Positions 10,990-23,218 of a stretch of DNA of 64,000 bases are shown here, piece by piece. The DNA lies in assembly GCF_004010195.1 (NCBI RefSeq), contig NC_057717.1, positions 103,156,985 to 103,220,984 of the forward strand, given 5' to 3'. The position numbers and the translations under genes are program-made. Under the pieces are notes generated by a model. That model did not search any database. It was not told the DNA's origin and worked only from the letters and a program-made list of their open reading frames with translations. This stretch comes from Chiloscyllium plagiosum. Taxonomy: Eukaryota. Each line of letters starts with the position of its first letter. Position 1 is the first letter of the stretch.

Positions 10990-12660
10990 TAGCCCAGAGT
11001 CTCCGTAAGGGTTATCCCTGGGCTCTCCCTGTAAGGATTATCCCTGAGCGCTCTCTGTAAGGATTATCCCTGAGCTCTCTCTGGAAGGATTATCCCTGAG
11101 CTCTCTGTCAGGATTATCCCTGAGCTCTCTGTCAGGATTATCCCTGAGCTCTCTCTGTCAGGATTATTCCTGAGCTCTCTCTGTCAGGATTATCTCTGAG
11201 CTCTCTGTAAGGATTATCCCTGAGCTCTCTCTGTCAGGATTATTCCTGAGCTCTCTGTCAGGATTATTCCTGAGCTCTCTGTAAGGATTATCCCTGAGCT
11301 CTCTCTGTCAGGATTATCCCTGAGCTCTCTGTAAGGATTATCCCTGAGCTCTCTGTAAGGATTATTCCTGAGCTCTCTGTAAAGATTATCCCTGAGTTCT
11401 CTGTCAGGATTATTCCTGATCCCTGTGTAAGGATTATCCCCGAGCTTTCTCTGTCAGGATTATCCCACAGATCTCTGTCAGGATTATCCCTGAGCTCTCT
11501 CTGTCAGGATTATCCCTGAGCTCTCTGTCAGGATTAACTATGAGCACTCTCTGTAAGGATTATTCCTGAGCTCTCTGTAAAGATTATCCCTGAGCTCTCT
11601 CTGTCAGGATTATTCCTGAGCTCTCTGTCAGGATTATCTCTGAGCTTTCTCTGTTAGGATTATCCCAGAGCTTTCTCTGTAAGGATTATCCCTGAGCTCT
11701 CTCTGTCAGGATTATCCCTGAGCACTCTCTGTAAGGATTATCCCTGAGCTCTCTGTAAGGATTGTCTCTGAGCGCTGTCTGTCAGGATTATTCCTGATCC
11801 CTGTGTAAGGATTATCCCTGAGTTTTCTCAATCAGGATTACCCTTGGGATTTCTCTGTCAGGATTATCCCTGAGCTCTCTCTCAGGATTATCCCTGAGCT
11901 CTCTCTGTCAGGATTATCCCTGAGCTCTCTCTCAGGATTATCTCTCAGCGCTGTCTGTCAGGATTATCCCTGAGCTCTCTCTAAGGATTATCCCTGAGCT
12001 ATCTGTAAGGATTATTCCTGAGCTCTCTGTCAGGAGTATCCCTGAGCTCTCTGTAAGGATTATTCCTGAGCTCTCTGTAAGGATTATTCCTGAGCTCTCT
12101 GTCAGGAGTATCCCTGAGCTCTTTGTAAGGATTATTCCTGAGCTCTTTGTAAGGATTATTCCTGAGCTCTTTGTAAGGATTATCCCTGAGCTATCTGTAA
12201 GGATTATTCCTGAGCTCTCTGTCAGGAGTATCCCTGAGCTCTTTGTAAGGATTATTCCTGAGCTCTCTCTGGAAGGATTATTCCTGAGCTCTTTGTAAGG
12301 ATTATCCCTGTGCTATCTGTAAGGATTATTCCTGAGCTCTCTGTCAGGATTATCCTTGAGCTCTCTGTAAGGATTATCCCTGAGTTATCTGTCAGGATTA
12401 TTCCTGATCCCTGTGTAAGGATTATCTCTGAGCTTTCTCAATCAGGATTAACCCACAGCTCTCTCTGTCAGATTTATCCCTGAGCTCTCTATAAGGGTTA
12501 TCCCTGAGGTCTCTCTGTAAGGAGTATCCCTGAGCTCTCTCTGTAAGGATTATCCCTGAGCTTTCTCAATCAGGATTATCCCTGAGCTCTCTCTGTAAGC
12601 GTTATCCCTGAGCTCTCTCTGTCAGGAGTATCCCTGAGCTCTCTGTAAGGATTACCTCGG
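10990..12660. repeat. 24/26-bp minisatellite (GGATTATCCCTGAGCTCTCT[CT]GT(A/C)A)n, roughly 65-70 copies
   Basis: Direct tandem units with variable CT tract. Confidence 0.97.
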
Positions 12661-13424
12661 GTCTGTCTTTAAGGATTTGCCTTGAACCCTCTTGGCTGTT
12701 TTCCCCCTTCCCAAGCTCACTCTGCTCCAGACAAGGTCCACAGTTTGCTCTTTGAGTTGCTGTCCACCATACACAGCGTCTTGGTGGTGATCTCCCACCC
12801 CAAACTCTCGTCTTGAATTGCAGATCCATGTGCGGAGCTTAGGCTATTTACTCTGGGTTGCCATGCTCTGTCCCAAAAGGTCACTCTCGAGGTTTATTGC
12901 GGAGACAACTACCTCTGGAATGTGGTCAATGGAGATTTTTGTCAATGGATCCTGGGTCAGGTACGGTATTCCTGCTAATGCTGAGGAACTACGCTATAAG
13001 GCCACTTAGTATCTGCTGTTCACCAATGGGTAATTCTTTTTGGAATAAAACCTAATCATGTAAAAGTTGGAGCAGCAGTGAGTCATTAGGCCCTTTGCCA
13101 TTAGTACAATCCAGGCTGATTCTGTATCTCAATGCCATATTGCAGCATTTTCCCCTTGCCCCGTGATGCCTTTAAATCTAACGACGTTAACTCTCCCTTC
13201 CGTGAATATAGCGAGGGTCTGTGAAATCTCTTGTTGCTCATGTCAGAGCCTCACAAACACGTAGTTAATGAGGTGCCCTGTACCTTGCTGAGGAGATGGA
13301 GATGTAGCCATGGCATTGCATCAGAAAGGAGGGTGCTCCCCTGTCTCATCTTATCCGTATTAACAAAACAGATCCATGCTCCAGAAATCTGCTGTCACCT
13401 GGGCCCCTTAGGACAACGTGGTAT

Positions 13425-13800
13425 CAGAGCATTACAAGGCCATTCAGCCCATTGAGTCTGCTGCATCACTCATGGCTGATTAGATAATCTCCAGCTCCAC
13501 CTCCTTGCCTTTTCCTCATAATCCTTGATTCCCTCACTGATTGAAAATCTGTCTGTCTCAGCCTTGAATATACTTCATGACCCAGCCTCGACAGCTCTCT
13601 GCGGTAAAGAATTCCACAGATTCACTCCCCTCTGAGCGAAGAAATTCCCCCTCGTCTCTTTCTTATACGTGAATTCAGAAATTACGCCCTCTGGTCCTAA
13701 ACTCTCCCAATAAGAGGAAACACATCGACCTGTCCAGCCTCCTAAGAATCTTCTATGTCACAATAAGTTCACCTCTTATTCTTCCATATTCTAATGAGCA
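13425..13800 (-). mobile_element. CR1 LINE 3' end (older subfamily)
   Basis: AGGCCATTCAGCCC...AAAGAATTCCACAGATTCAC...CTCTGGTCCTAAACTCTCCC, reverse CR1 3' motifs. Confidence 0.75.
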
Positions 13801-14219
13801 CAGGAAATGCTTTTTGGAAACTTGCACAGAGAGCTGTGATACTCTGTGCCAGTAACTGGGACTGCTTACCTCAATAGCCCTACCTCAGAGATTTAAACCA
13901 GCTTCAAAATAGCCTGTGATAAATTAAATACATGCTTTAACTCAAGATATTATGAGCACTGTGAAGTGCTCCCGAAATCCAATTGCCTCCTACAGAAAGC
14001 AATAAAGCCACACTCATGCACTATTAATGACAATCCTTTGACAGTTCTGATGAGGTGCTGTCTTGCCTCAGTGGAAATAAATACACCTTTCAGATCTCCA
14101 TCTCTTGTCACCTTTCATCGTGTTAAAGGTCCCACTGTAAGTCTGGAACAATGCTACACAGAAGATTCTGCAACGAATATTATTGCTTGAAGAACCAGAA
14201 AGACATCTCTTGTTAGCCT

Positions 14220-14432
14220 AACATTTTCTCCCCCTTTCTCTGTCTCTCTGATCTCCATTTACAAAAATCCATTCACACCTTCTGTCCCTCCCCCACCATT
14301 GGCTTGAATGCATTTTTTTTCCCCCTAGACATTATCAGTTCTGAAGAAGGGTCACTGGATTGAAAATGTTAACTCTGTTTCTCTCCTGCTGAGTTTCTCC
14401 AGCAATCTCTGTGTTTGAGACTTCCAGCATTA
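14220..14432 (+). mobile_element. PLE 3'/pLTR remnant with decayed hammerhead (14337-14374)
   Basis: AGTT CTGAAGA AGGGTCACTGGATTG AAAA TGTT AACT followed by CCTGCTGAGTTTCTCCAGCA...TTCCAGCAT. Confidence 0.6.
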
Positions 14433-14454
14433 TATTTCACTAAAATGTATCTTA

Positions 14455-14640
14455 TTGCATCATTTCAAGGAGAATTGACAGCAGGTTCACCCTCATGTTT
14501 TGTTCAGTATTTATCTCCTGAACAATATCCCCAAAACAGATTTCCTGGTCATTATACCGTTGGCATCATGGGGAGTGCGCTCTGTGAAAATTGGCTGCCG
14601 CATATCCAACATAACTACACTGACCTCACATCATTGATTG
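14455..14640 (+). mobile_element. DeuSINE (SacSINE1/AmnSINE1-like) remnant
   Basis: AAAACAGATTTCCTGGTCATTA...AAATTGGCTGCCGCA resembles the Deu-domain 3' half; related copies at ~45.8 and ~61.6 kb. Confidence 0.5.
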
Positions 14641-14754
14641 GTGACAGGCTTCTCTCTCTCTCTCTCTCACTTTAGATTCATAATGAAGACAGGCTCAATA
14701 GGTGATACAGAACTTCAATGGAGGCCATTTCTGCCCCTTCCATTCCACCCTCAG

Positions 14755-15029
14755 ATCGATTCAAACCCGAGGATGATTGTCTGTGTGGAGTTTGCACGTT
14801 CTCCCTGTATCTACGTGGGTTTGCTCCAGATATCCGGTTACCTCCCATAGTCCAAAGTTGTGCAGGTCAGGTTGAATTGACCATGCTAAGCCATCCATAG
14901 TGTGCGTGCTAGTGGGTTAGTCAGGGGAAATGCAGTTCTACGGGGATAGGTTAGGTCTGGGTGGGATGCTCTTCGGAGAGTCAGTGTGGACTCGATGGGC
15001 TGAATGGCCTGCTTTCACACTGTAGGGAT
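14755..15029 (+). mobile_element. HE1-like SINE, 5'-truncated, tail split by a solo LTR
   Basis: TGTCTGTGTGGAGTTTGCACG...TTTCACACTGTAGGGAT, resuming after 15566 as ...AATGATTC. Confidence 0.85.
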
Positions 15030-15566
15030 TGTTATGGACCAGGCCAGACCCCCTCAAAATATTTCAAGAACGTAACCAAACCCTAACGCTTTGTTGTTTT
15101 AAAGACAGATGTGAAATGGGTGTTCCAGGTGTGATGCAGCTGGTCAAACCACTTGGCTTTAGGCAAAATGCAATTCATTTAAACACTGCAGTTAAAACAC
15201 ACGCAGAAGAAAGCAGAATTTGGAATAACTTAACTATTGGAAAACTTAACCAACCCAATACAGTAACTGTTATTAATTAACTGTTCAAAAACTGTATCAG
15301 CCCATAAACGAATCCAAACACAGATTCTTGCAGGCTGGAGGGAACAACATCCAGAGAGAGATTTCAGAGAAAGGCTGAGGAGTTCTTTACTGAACCTTGC
15401 AACTCCCCTCGACTCAGACAGAGTGACTGCTACCGCTAAAAACAAAAACAGACCACCACTCCCCTTCCCTTGTTAAACTGGACCCATCAGCACCTCTGCT
15501 TTTACAACCTCTCTTCAAACAAACCAAGGACAGCATAAACCTTTTTAAAGCGACAGCATCATCACA
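15030..15566. mobile_element. Solo LTR (537 bp)
   Basis: Begins TGTTA, ends TCACA; 4-bp flanks GGAT / GGGT; cleanly interrupts a SINE tail. Confidence 0.7.
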
Positions 15567-15639
15567 GGGTTTAATGATTCATACTAAAGATCAAAGTATC
15601 TGTCGCATATGACATTGTATCACTTCCTGTAATAACGTA

Positions 15640-15817
15640 ACTATTCCCTGGAGCGTCGGAGGCTGAGGGGTGACCTTATAGAGGTTTACAAAATCATGAG
15701 GGGCATGGATAGGGTAAGTAGGCAAAGTCTTTTCCCTGGGGTTGGGGAGTCCAGAACTAGAGGGCATAGGTTTAGGGTGAGAGGGGAAAGATATAAAAGA
15801 GACCTCTATGACTCTAT
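15640..15817 (+). mobile_element. Short CR1 fragment, internally deleted and joined to its tail
   Basis: LERRRLRGDLIEVYKIMRG...then CTCTATGACTCTAT. Confidence 0.85.
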
Positions 15818-16514
15818 AAATGTGTCATTAAATTATTTTACTGTATGTATTAGCAAGCACATGATCACAATGTAAGATAGTGAGGTGGTTGTTTTTGACT
15901 GGCGCTGACTCAATGGGCTGAAGGGCCATTATCAGGGCTGGGGACCTCTTTGACGGTAACGTGGGTGAGCTTCAGGCTCGGCTGCCTCAGGAAGAAGCAA
16001 CCACAGAGAGAGAGGGGAGGATCCTCAATGTTCATTTAAGGTTGGCCAGAAGCAGGTGTGGGGGTTAGGGCGCGGAGGTGAGGGGATGGGGGTTACAGGC
16101 TGAGGATACAGGGTAGGCCACTTCGAGGTGAGGTGAGATGAGGTGTCATTGCCCAGAGAGTAGGGAGCCCGTGAAATTCTCAGCCACAGAAAGGACAAAA
16201 CATTGAATGTTCTCAAGAAGGAATTAGATATAGTTCTGTGCTAAAAGGATCAAAGGGTGAAAGCAGGAACAGGGCATTGTGTTGGATGATTAGCTGTGAT
16301 TGTGTTGAATGTCAGAGCAGGGTCAAAAAGCCAAATGGCCTACACCTATGTTCTATCTTTCATGATTTGCATGCGCAGACACTGGTGCTTCTTTTAGTAG
16401 TGAGTGAAGAACCACCATTTCTGGTGTATGTTTTTTGCTCGCCCCCTAGGAGCTTGAGTAGTGGCTGTGAAACGGATTGATTTGTGGACTCTCATCCATA
16501 ATCTCTCACCTGAA

Positions 16515-17177
16515 GGGAGAGGTAATGGCCTAGTGTTAATGCTTGACTATTAATCCAGAACTTTTAACTTATTCCTTTTTTTCCCCCCAATTTAAACTAT
16601 GAAAGACCTATCTCTTTATTTTTCTATTATTTAATGAAGGAATGCTGAACATTTTAACTCGCATTTCCCTTACTACTTTGTACCTGTGCTTTTTTGTGCC
16701 TGGGTTCTGTGGTACCTAAGGTAGTGCCACGTGTGGCAACATTATACACACTTCACTGTACTTGTGTGCTTGAGTACATGTGACAATAAAATCTAAAATG
16801 TCTAAATCTAAAATCAGAGATTTTGGTAATGTTCTGGGATGTGGGTTTGAATCCCACTATAGATGAATGGTCTACTCCAGCAGGGTCTTAACATGCAGAT
16901 GCTGAATGAACATGGCAGATGGTAGAATTTGAAATCTCCTCATCTGGAATTACAAATCTCATGATGACCATGTAGCAGTTGTTGGAAAACCAATCTGATT
17001 CATTAATGTTCTTTTTGGCAAATAAAGCAGCTAGCCGCACCTGGTCTGGGCTATGTGTGACTCCAGACCCACAGTAATGTGGTTGACTCCTAACTACTCT
17101 CTGGGATGAAATTAGGGATGGGCAATAAATGCTGGCCTAACCAGCAACACCTTCGTCCTGTGAGTTAATTAAAAAAA
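16515..17177 (+). mobile_element. tRNA-derived SINE with Meta-like central domain, interrupted by a Rex1/Babar-like 3' UTR (~16560-16812)
   Basis: Head GGTAATGGCCTAGTG...GGGTTTGAATCCC; CTGGTCTGGGCTATGTGTGACTCCAGACCCACAG; tail shared with the L2/CR1-group LINE; insert ends TTCACTGTAC...GTGACAATAAAATCTAAA. Confidence 0.65.
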
Positions 17178-18034
17178 CCTTCTTTATACTTCCTGCAGTG
17201 CAATATCATCTTCCTTGTGTAAGGTGGCCGAAACCACCTGTAATAGTCTAGGTGTGATCCCATCTAGAGTGCACTATTGTGTGGGAAACCTCGTTACTAC
17301 ATGCTTCATCTCACTGCAGTAAACTTTACACGAGAGTGAAATTCAATTAAACCCCCTCGCAAATGTCTTATGCCTATCTTTTGCCACTGTCTAGAGTATT
17401 AAGCTGTAGCCGTATAAAATCTCTTCGTGAAACGTGCTTGGTTTGCTCGATGTGCTTTCAGTTTGAGCATTGGAGGGTGATATTAAAATGCTCATCCTTC
17501 AACTAGTTTATCCGAAAGCTTTCTGCCTTAGCGTTTCTGGGTAAACACCCCCGATCCGCAGGATAGCTGGAATTAAAGATTAATCTTCTGGAAGGGTTGT
17601 GAGATGTGCCTGTGAGAAACGTCACAGTGGGCATCAAAAACCAATTGTGACTTTTAATTTGGACAACGGAACTCGGGGTGGGGATGAATCCAGGTGCTTA
17701 ACAGCTGCATGAATCAGACAGAGGATTGACACTGAGCTGGGGAGGGCATTAGGGTGAGAACTCAAATGCTTTGAGGAAAGATTTGTTTCATTTATAAGTT
17801 GTAACTCGACCATCTAGAAGGACAAGGAAGCACCAGCAAGCCACACACCATCCTGACTTGGAAATATATCGCTGTTCTCAATCTGCTTCTTATATCTAAT
17901 ACTTCAAACTCCTCCTGTTTAACAAGACTGTCTTTACAAAGGAGGGCGGCAGTACTGACAGAGTCAAAATACTCACTATCTTGCCATGAACATTCCTGAT
18001 CGGCCCAATCCTTTCCTTAGTGTTCCCCTTGCTC

Positions 18035-18362
18035 TTAGAATCTCTATAGTGTGGGAGCAGGCCACTCAGCCCATCAAATCCACACCAACCCTCTAAAGAG
18101 CATCCCACCGACCCACCCTGCTACTTTATCCTTAAGACCCTGTATTTCCCCTGGCTAACCCACCTAGCCTGCACATCCCTGAACACTGTGGGGCAATGTA
18201 GCATGGCCAATCCACCTAACCTGCACATCTTTGGACTGTGAGAGGAAACCCACACACACACACACACACACACAGGGAGAATGTGCAAACTCCATGCAGA
18301 GGGTGGAATCAGACCCAGGTCCGTGGTGATGTGAGGCAGCAGTGCTAACTATTAAGCCAAGG
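18035..18362 (-). mobile_element. HE1-like SINE with internal (CA)n expansion
   Basis: Reverse-complement HE1 body and head. Confidence 0.88.
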
Positions 18363-19151
18363 TGCGTGGTACAGAATGCACTACGTTCTCATTGCACTGG
18401 ATAAACACAATTGGATTTCCCTTAACTTCATCTGTCAATAGTTTCTCGAATCCTCTTTATCCAATCTCCTTTTTTACTCACCCTGTGCTTTCTGTATTCC
18501 CCTGGGATTTCTGCAGAATTCAGTTTTTTTCAGATTGGCATAAGCTTTATTTTTCCTCTTTTTGTTAGCCTATATGCTTCAGGATACTGAGGAGGTTGGA
18601 TGTTTGCCAGTACAGCCCTTCCTTTTTATGGGGCTGCGTTCCCCTTAAGTTTTGCTTTTGAATGCCTCTCTCTGGGTTGCCTCTGATTTTCCTTCAAGTA
18701 GCTGTCTTCTAGTCCATCTCCAGATCATCTCTCAGCTTTGTGAAGATTGTCTTGCCCCAATTTAGAACTTTCTATCTTTACCCTTTCCCAGTAATGATGC
18801 TAAATCTAACGGTATTATGATCACTGTTTCCAAAATGTCCACCGTTGCTGCTTCACCTACTTGCCCCAGCTTTATTTCCTCACACTAAATCGAGAATTGC
18901 GCCCTCTTTTTGTTGTATTGTGGGCTAGCTAAAATAGTTCTCTTGAGAGTCGTTCACAGACATTGGACCTTCTGTGCCTTTAACATTGTTTGTATCCCAG
19001 TTGATATTTGGGTAGTTGAAGTCCCAATTATTATTGCTGTATTGTTGTCACACTCTGAAATGTCCCTACATAGTTGTTCTTCTAAATAATTGGAAGGAGT
19101 TAGAAGTCTCTACAACATATCCAACCACTGTGTGGCTGACCCCTGTTTGTT

Positions 19152-19415
19152 TCATAGAACCATTGAATCCCTACAGTGTACAAGCAGGCCATTTGGCCCA
19201 TCCAGACAACACTGACCCTCCGAAGAGCATCCCACCCCAACCCAATCCCCTGCCTTAGTCCTGTAAATTCCTACATAATCTCTGTAACCCTGCATTTCCC
19301 ATGGCCAACCCACCTGTCCTGCACATCCCTGGACACACAAGGCAATTTCCCATGGCCAATCCACCTAACCTGCACAACTATGGACTGCGGGAGGAAACCA
19401 GAGCACCCAGAAAAC
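19152..19415 (-). mobile_element. HE1-like SINE 3' part
   Basis: Reverse-complement tail and V-domain part. Confidence 0.85.
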
Positions 19416-19759
19416 CCATTTCTGAAACCCTTACAGCCTCATTTGATCTTCATTTAGTATATCATTCTTGCTCACAGCTGGAATTGATTCCTTAACCAAT
19501 CAATCCTGGCTGAACCTGTGATTCCTGCATCCCATGAATGAATAAAGAAAAATGCTGTGCCCACTTTTTTTATTCCCTTCTCTGTTCTGCTTGAAAACTC
19601 TATACCTAAGGATATTAAGTGGTAATCTTTGCCCCACTTAAAGCCAAGTTTCTGATGGAGCAGTAATTTATAACCTCCAGAAGCAAAACTTTGGTTACCT
19701 GTCTTAGTATTTCTTTATGTAGATCGTGTGCCTGAGAAAGGCCTTGGAATTTTTTTATG

Positions 19760-19965
19760 ATGGGATCTGGGTGTCACTGACAATGCCAACCCTAACAACT
19801 GAGTGGCTTGCTTGGCCCATTTCAGCAGGTGATTAAGAGTCAACCACGTTGCTGTGAGTCTGAAGCCAAAACTGGGAAAGGATAGATGAGTAGATGACTT
19901 CCCCTTCCCTGGAGAACATTAATGAACCAGGTGGGAATTTCTCTTCCCACAATCGATGATCGATT
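19760..19965 (-). mobile_element. Meta-like SINE fragment
   Basis: TTAAGAGTCAACCACGTTGCTGTG...CCTTCCCTGGAGAACATTAATGAACCAG. Confidence 0.6.
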
Positions 19966-21082
19966 CAAATGTTAAATTTTTATAACTTGATGGTATTTAA
20001 ATCTCAGCAGCTGTAATTTGACCGGTGTGCTACAAAGATGATAAGGAAGGGTCAATAAATGCTGTCTTAGCCAGCAATACTCACGTCCCATCAAAACATG
20101 AAAAGAAAAAGTTGGCTTTCCAGATTATGAACCTACTAGATCACTACCTCCCGGATTGCGAGACACAATATAATTATTAATTGTTGGCGAAATATGAAAT
20201 TTTGTCGATGAAAATGTAACTGAGATATAAATCTGTGACAAAAATTGATGCACTATTAAATTGTAGGTTCTGGATTTTACTGGACTCCATGGATTTAATC
20301 CTCATCTGAGTATTCCCAGTGTAACATCACATGCTAAAGTAAGGTATTTATTGTCAACAAACTGTTCCCTGTGCTCCAATTATATCAGCAGTGAAAGATC
20401 CTTTCATACTCTAAGTTAGTACTACTTAATATTGTGTTTTTGTGTGGTTTAGGATCCCATTGTAATTGTGACAGGAACTCTTACATCTGATATTGACTTT
20501 TTACATTGAGCAATGAAATTTTGTAATTTAGTATTGATTCTGCACTTCGATTTTATTGTTTTTTTTTTTATTTAATCTTTTTTCTGATATGTCTGCAAAT
20601 TAACTTGTTCAACATTGAGTTCTTCAGCCGGATGAGGAGTGTGTTGTAACAGGTGAAGAAATATTGTGGTCAATACTTGCTCCAAGTGATTCAGTCTTTC
20701 TTTAGGCATCCCGCCTGAAGTGATGGAAATTAGGTAGAAAGAGCAGGAGGCCATTCAGCCCATTGAGTGCTACACTGCTCTGCAATTAGATCATGCTTGA
20801 TTCTCACTTGACCCTCTGAACTGTAGTGTTGTTTTATTTTGAAATAATGATTTGTAATCGTGTTCAAGAACAGAGCACCTCAGATGAAAAACATGGGACT
20901 TTTGTGAAATGATATGAATCATGAGGGGAAACATCCTCCGTAAATAAGTGAACAATGTGAACCATCTTCAGTTGATGGACAAATTTCTTGTCTTCTTGAA
21001 TATAATTGAGTGTATTGGTCAATTAATGGAGACATTCAAATGTGCAGTGAGTTCAATGGAATGGTCATTCCATGCTTACATT

Positions 21083-21397
21083 TAGAATCATAGAATCCAT
21101 AAAGTGTGGAAATAGGCCTTTCAGCCCAACAGGTCCACACCAATCCTCCGAAGAGTAACCCACCTAGACCCATTCCCCTTCTATTCTAGATTTACCCCAC
21201 ACTAATGCACCAAGCCTACACATCCATGAACACTATGGACAATTTAGCATGGCCAATCTACCTAACCTGTGGGAGGAAACCCATGTAGACACATGGAGAA
21301 TGTGCTAACTCCACACAGTCGCCTAAGGTGGGAATTGAATCCAGTACCCTGGTACTGTGAGGCAGCAGTGCTAACCACTGAGCCACCGTGCTGCCCC
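21083..21397 (-). mobile_element. HE1-like SINE
   Basis: Reverse-complement HE1 ending AGCCACCGTGCTGCCC. Confidence 0.9.
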
Positions 21398-22199
21398 ACT
21401 GTTTACTGTTTAGATGTAAGAGATGGATTGTCGAAACATGCTACATTTACTAAAAGGGGAAAGGATGTAGAGTTGTATTGTTTGCAGAACGAAATTTGTA
21501 TCTTGTGTTCACTTGAAGCTACGTTACAGAACGACGCCAGTAGATGGAGCTTTATGAGGAAGTACAATGAAGAAAGTGTGCCAGGAAGTGTGCTGCTAAT
21601 GAAAAAAAGTCTTTGTTGTTTTCTGGTTTGTCTGTACAGTAGTTGTTTCTCAGTCTCAAGACCCTCACCATCGACCAAGAAACTCACACCCATCTTCATT
21701 CCAAGTGTCTTGATTACTCTTAGCTGCTAATTATCTATGTATCTCCATTTGGAGAGCTCCAGTTACCGCCTAGTTTGAGATTATGTTCAGCATAGACTGG
21801 TTGTACCAAAGGGTCCATTTCCATGTTGTATGATTCTATGAGTCTACATATACTTAGACACAGATAAGATTCCCAGCATCCACAGCAATTTTAACCACAT
21901 GCTTTCAGTTTCCTGTGGTCCAAGCTCTGGAATTCTCTCCTCACTCCCCATAACCACCCCGCCCCCAAAAAAAAAATCAGTTTCTCTATCTCTAACTCTT
22001 CTGCTGTAAAAACTGCATCATCAACACCTACCTCTTGATGAGTGGTCTACCTGTCTGGGTTTTGATGTCAAACACTATCTGATAAATACACAGGCTAAGA
22101 ATGAGAAACTCACTCCCTCAGTGGGGATTCAAAGCAAATAGTGCAGATGCACTGAAGGGGAAGCTAGTTAAGCAGATGAGGAAACAGAAGATCATGCTT

Positions 22200-22540
22200 T
22201 TCCCTCTGACCCATAGACCATTGTTGTTCCTGCCCCTGGGGACAGAGTTGAGAGGGTTTGATTTTGAGTTTCCCCTGCATTCGGCTGAGACAAGGAATGT
22301 TTATTCCACATTTCAACGCCTTATGTCCCTACCCCAAGAGTGGTTGGTGGGGACAGAGTCAAGAAGCCATTTTTTGTTTGACTTTTCTTCCAGAGAGTCA
22401 CTGGAACTTAATTTAGTTTGAGTTGAGGAACTTTCACTTTTCTGTTTTAAAAGAGTAGAACAAGCTGCACCCTGTCCATAGCCCGGATTCCGTCCTCGTC
22501 CCAGGAGTGTCTGATGGGGTGGTGTCGTTGGGGGGAAGAG
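22200..22540 (+). repeat. Second dispersed cassette of diverged ~65-bp satellite monomers
   Basis: CCCCAAGAGTGGTTGGTGGGGACAGAGTCAAG (~22332) matches 4633-4663; GTCCCAGGAGTGTCTGATGGGG at ~22498. Confidence 0.5.
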
Positions 22541-22892
22541 TCAGAGATTGAATTCTCCTTTTGCGTCTCTCGTTGAGAAGAGTACAGGATCATTGGTAGG
22601 TTCAGAGGAGGCCCAAGTAGAGGCCAAACTGCAATGTAGACTGTTTCCGTGCCATATATCCTTCGATTTATTCACTCACTGGACATGTGTGTTGCTGTGC
22701 CAACATTTGTTACCCATCTCTCATGCCCCAGAGAGTCAACCACATTGCTGAAGGTCACATGTAGACCAGGTAACAATAGCAGATTCCCCTCCCTAAAGGG
22801 ACGCCGATAGATGTTTACAATTGACAGTGGCCATGTACTCACTCACCATTGAGCTAGATATGAGTGAATTCAAATCTGTTGTGAAACAATTG

Positions 22893-23218
22893 GATGGCAC
22901 AGTGGTTAGCACGGCTGTCTCACAGCACCAAGGACCCGGGTCCAACTCCCACCCTCAGGTGACTGTGCGGAATTTGCACATTCTCCCTGTGTCTGCATGA
23001 GTTTCCTTTGGGTGCTCTGGTTTCCTCCCGCAGTCCAAAGATGTGTAGGTGAGATGGATTGGCCATGCTAAATTGCCCATTGTGTCCAGAGATGTGCAGG
23101 TTAGGTGCATTAGTCAGGGGTAAGGGTAGGGGAATGGGTCTGGGTGGGATATCCTTTGGAGGGTCAGTGTGGACTTGTTGGACCGAATGGCCTGTTTACA
23201 CACTGTAAGGATTCTCTG
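22893..23218 (+). mobile_element. HE1-like SINE
   Basis: Head, V-domain and tail present. Confidence 0.9.

Larger units (their letters stand above)
17900..19690 (-). mobile_element. Old, heavily degraded CR1 ORF2 (endonuclease/tether region) with two HE1 insertions
   Basis: Minus: EGAILDLV*GNKAGQVGE near 18850-18905; KERIGPIRNVHGK near 18000. Confidence 0.65.

Noticed and set aside
10990..12660. CRISPR-like or coding repeat array
   Set aside because: Units are contiguous with no unique spacers and no cas genes; mixed 24/26-bp units break any reading frame
20267..20509. Two small plus-strand exons (20267-20338 and from 20453)
   Set aside because: GT/AG sites and phase fit, but the first acceptor is weak, the second frame stops after 18 codons and the peptide is unrecognisable
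21269..21730. 153-aa ORF
   Set aside because: Starts inside an antisense HE1 SINE; no domain or splice support
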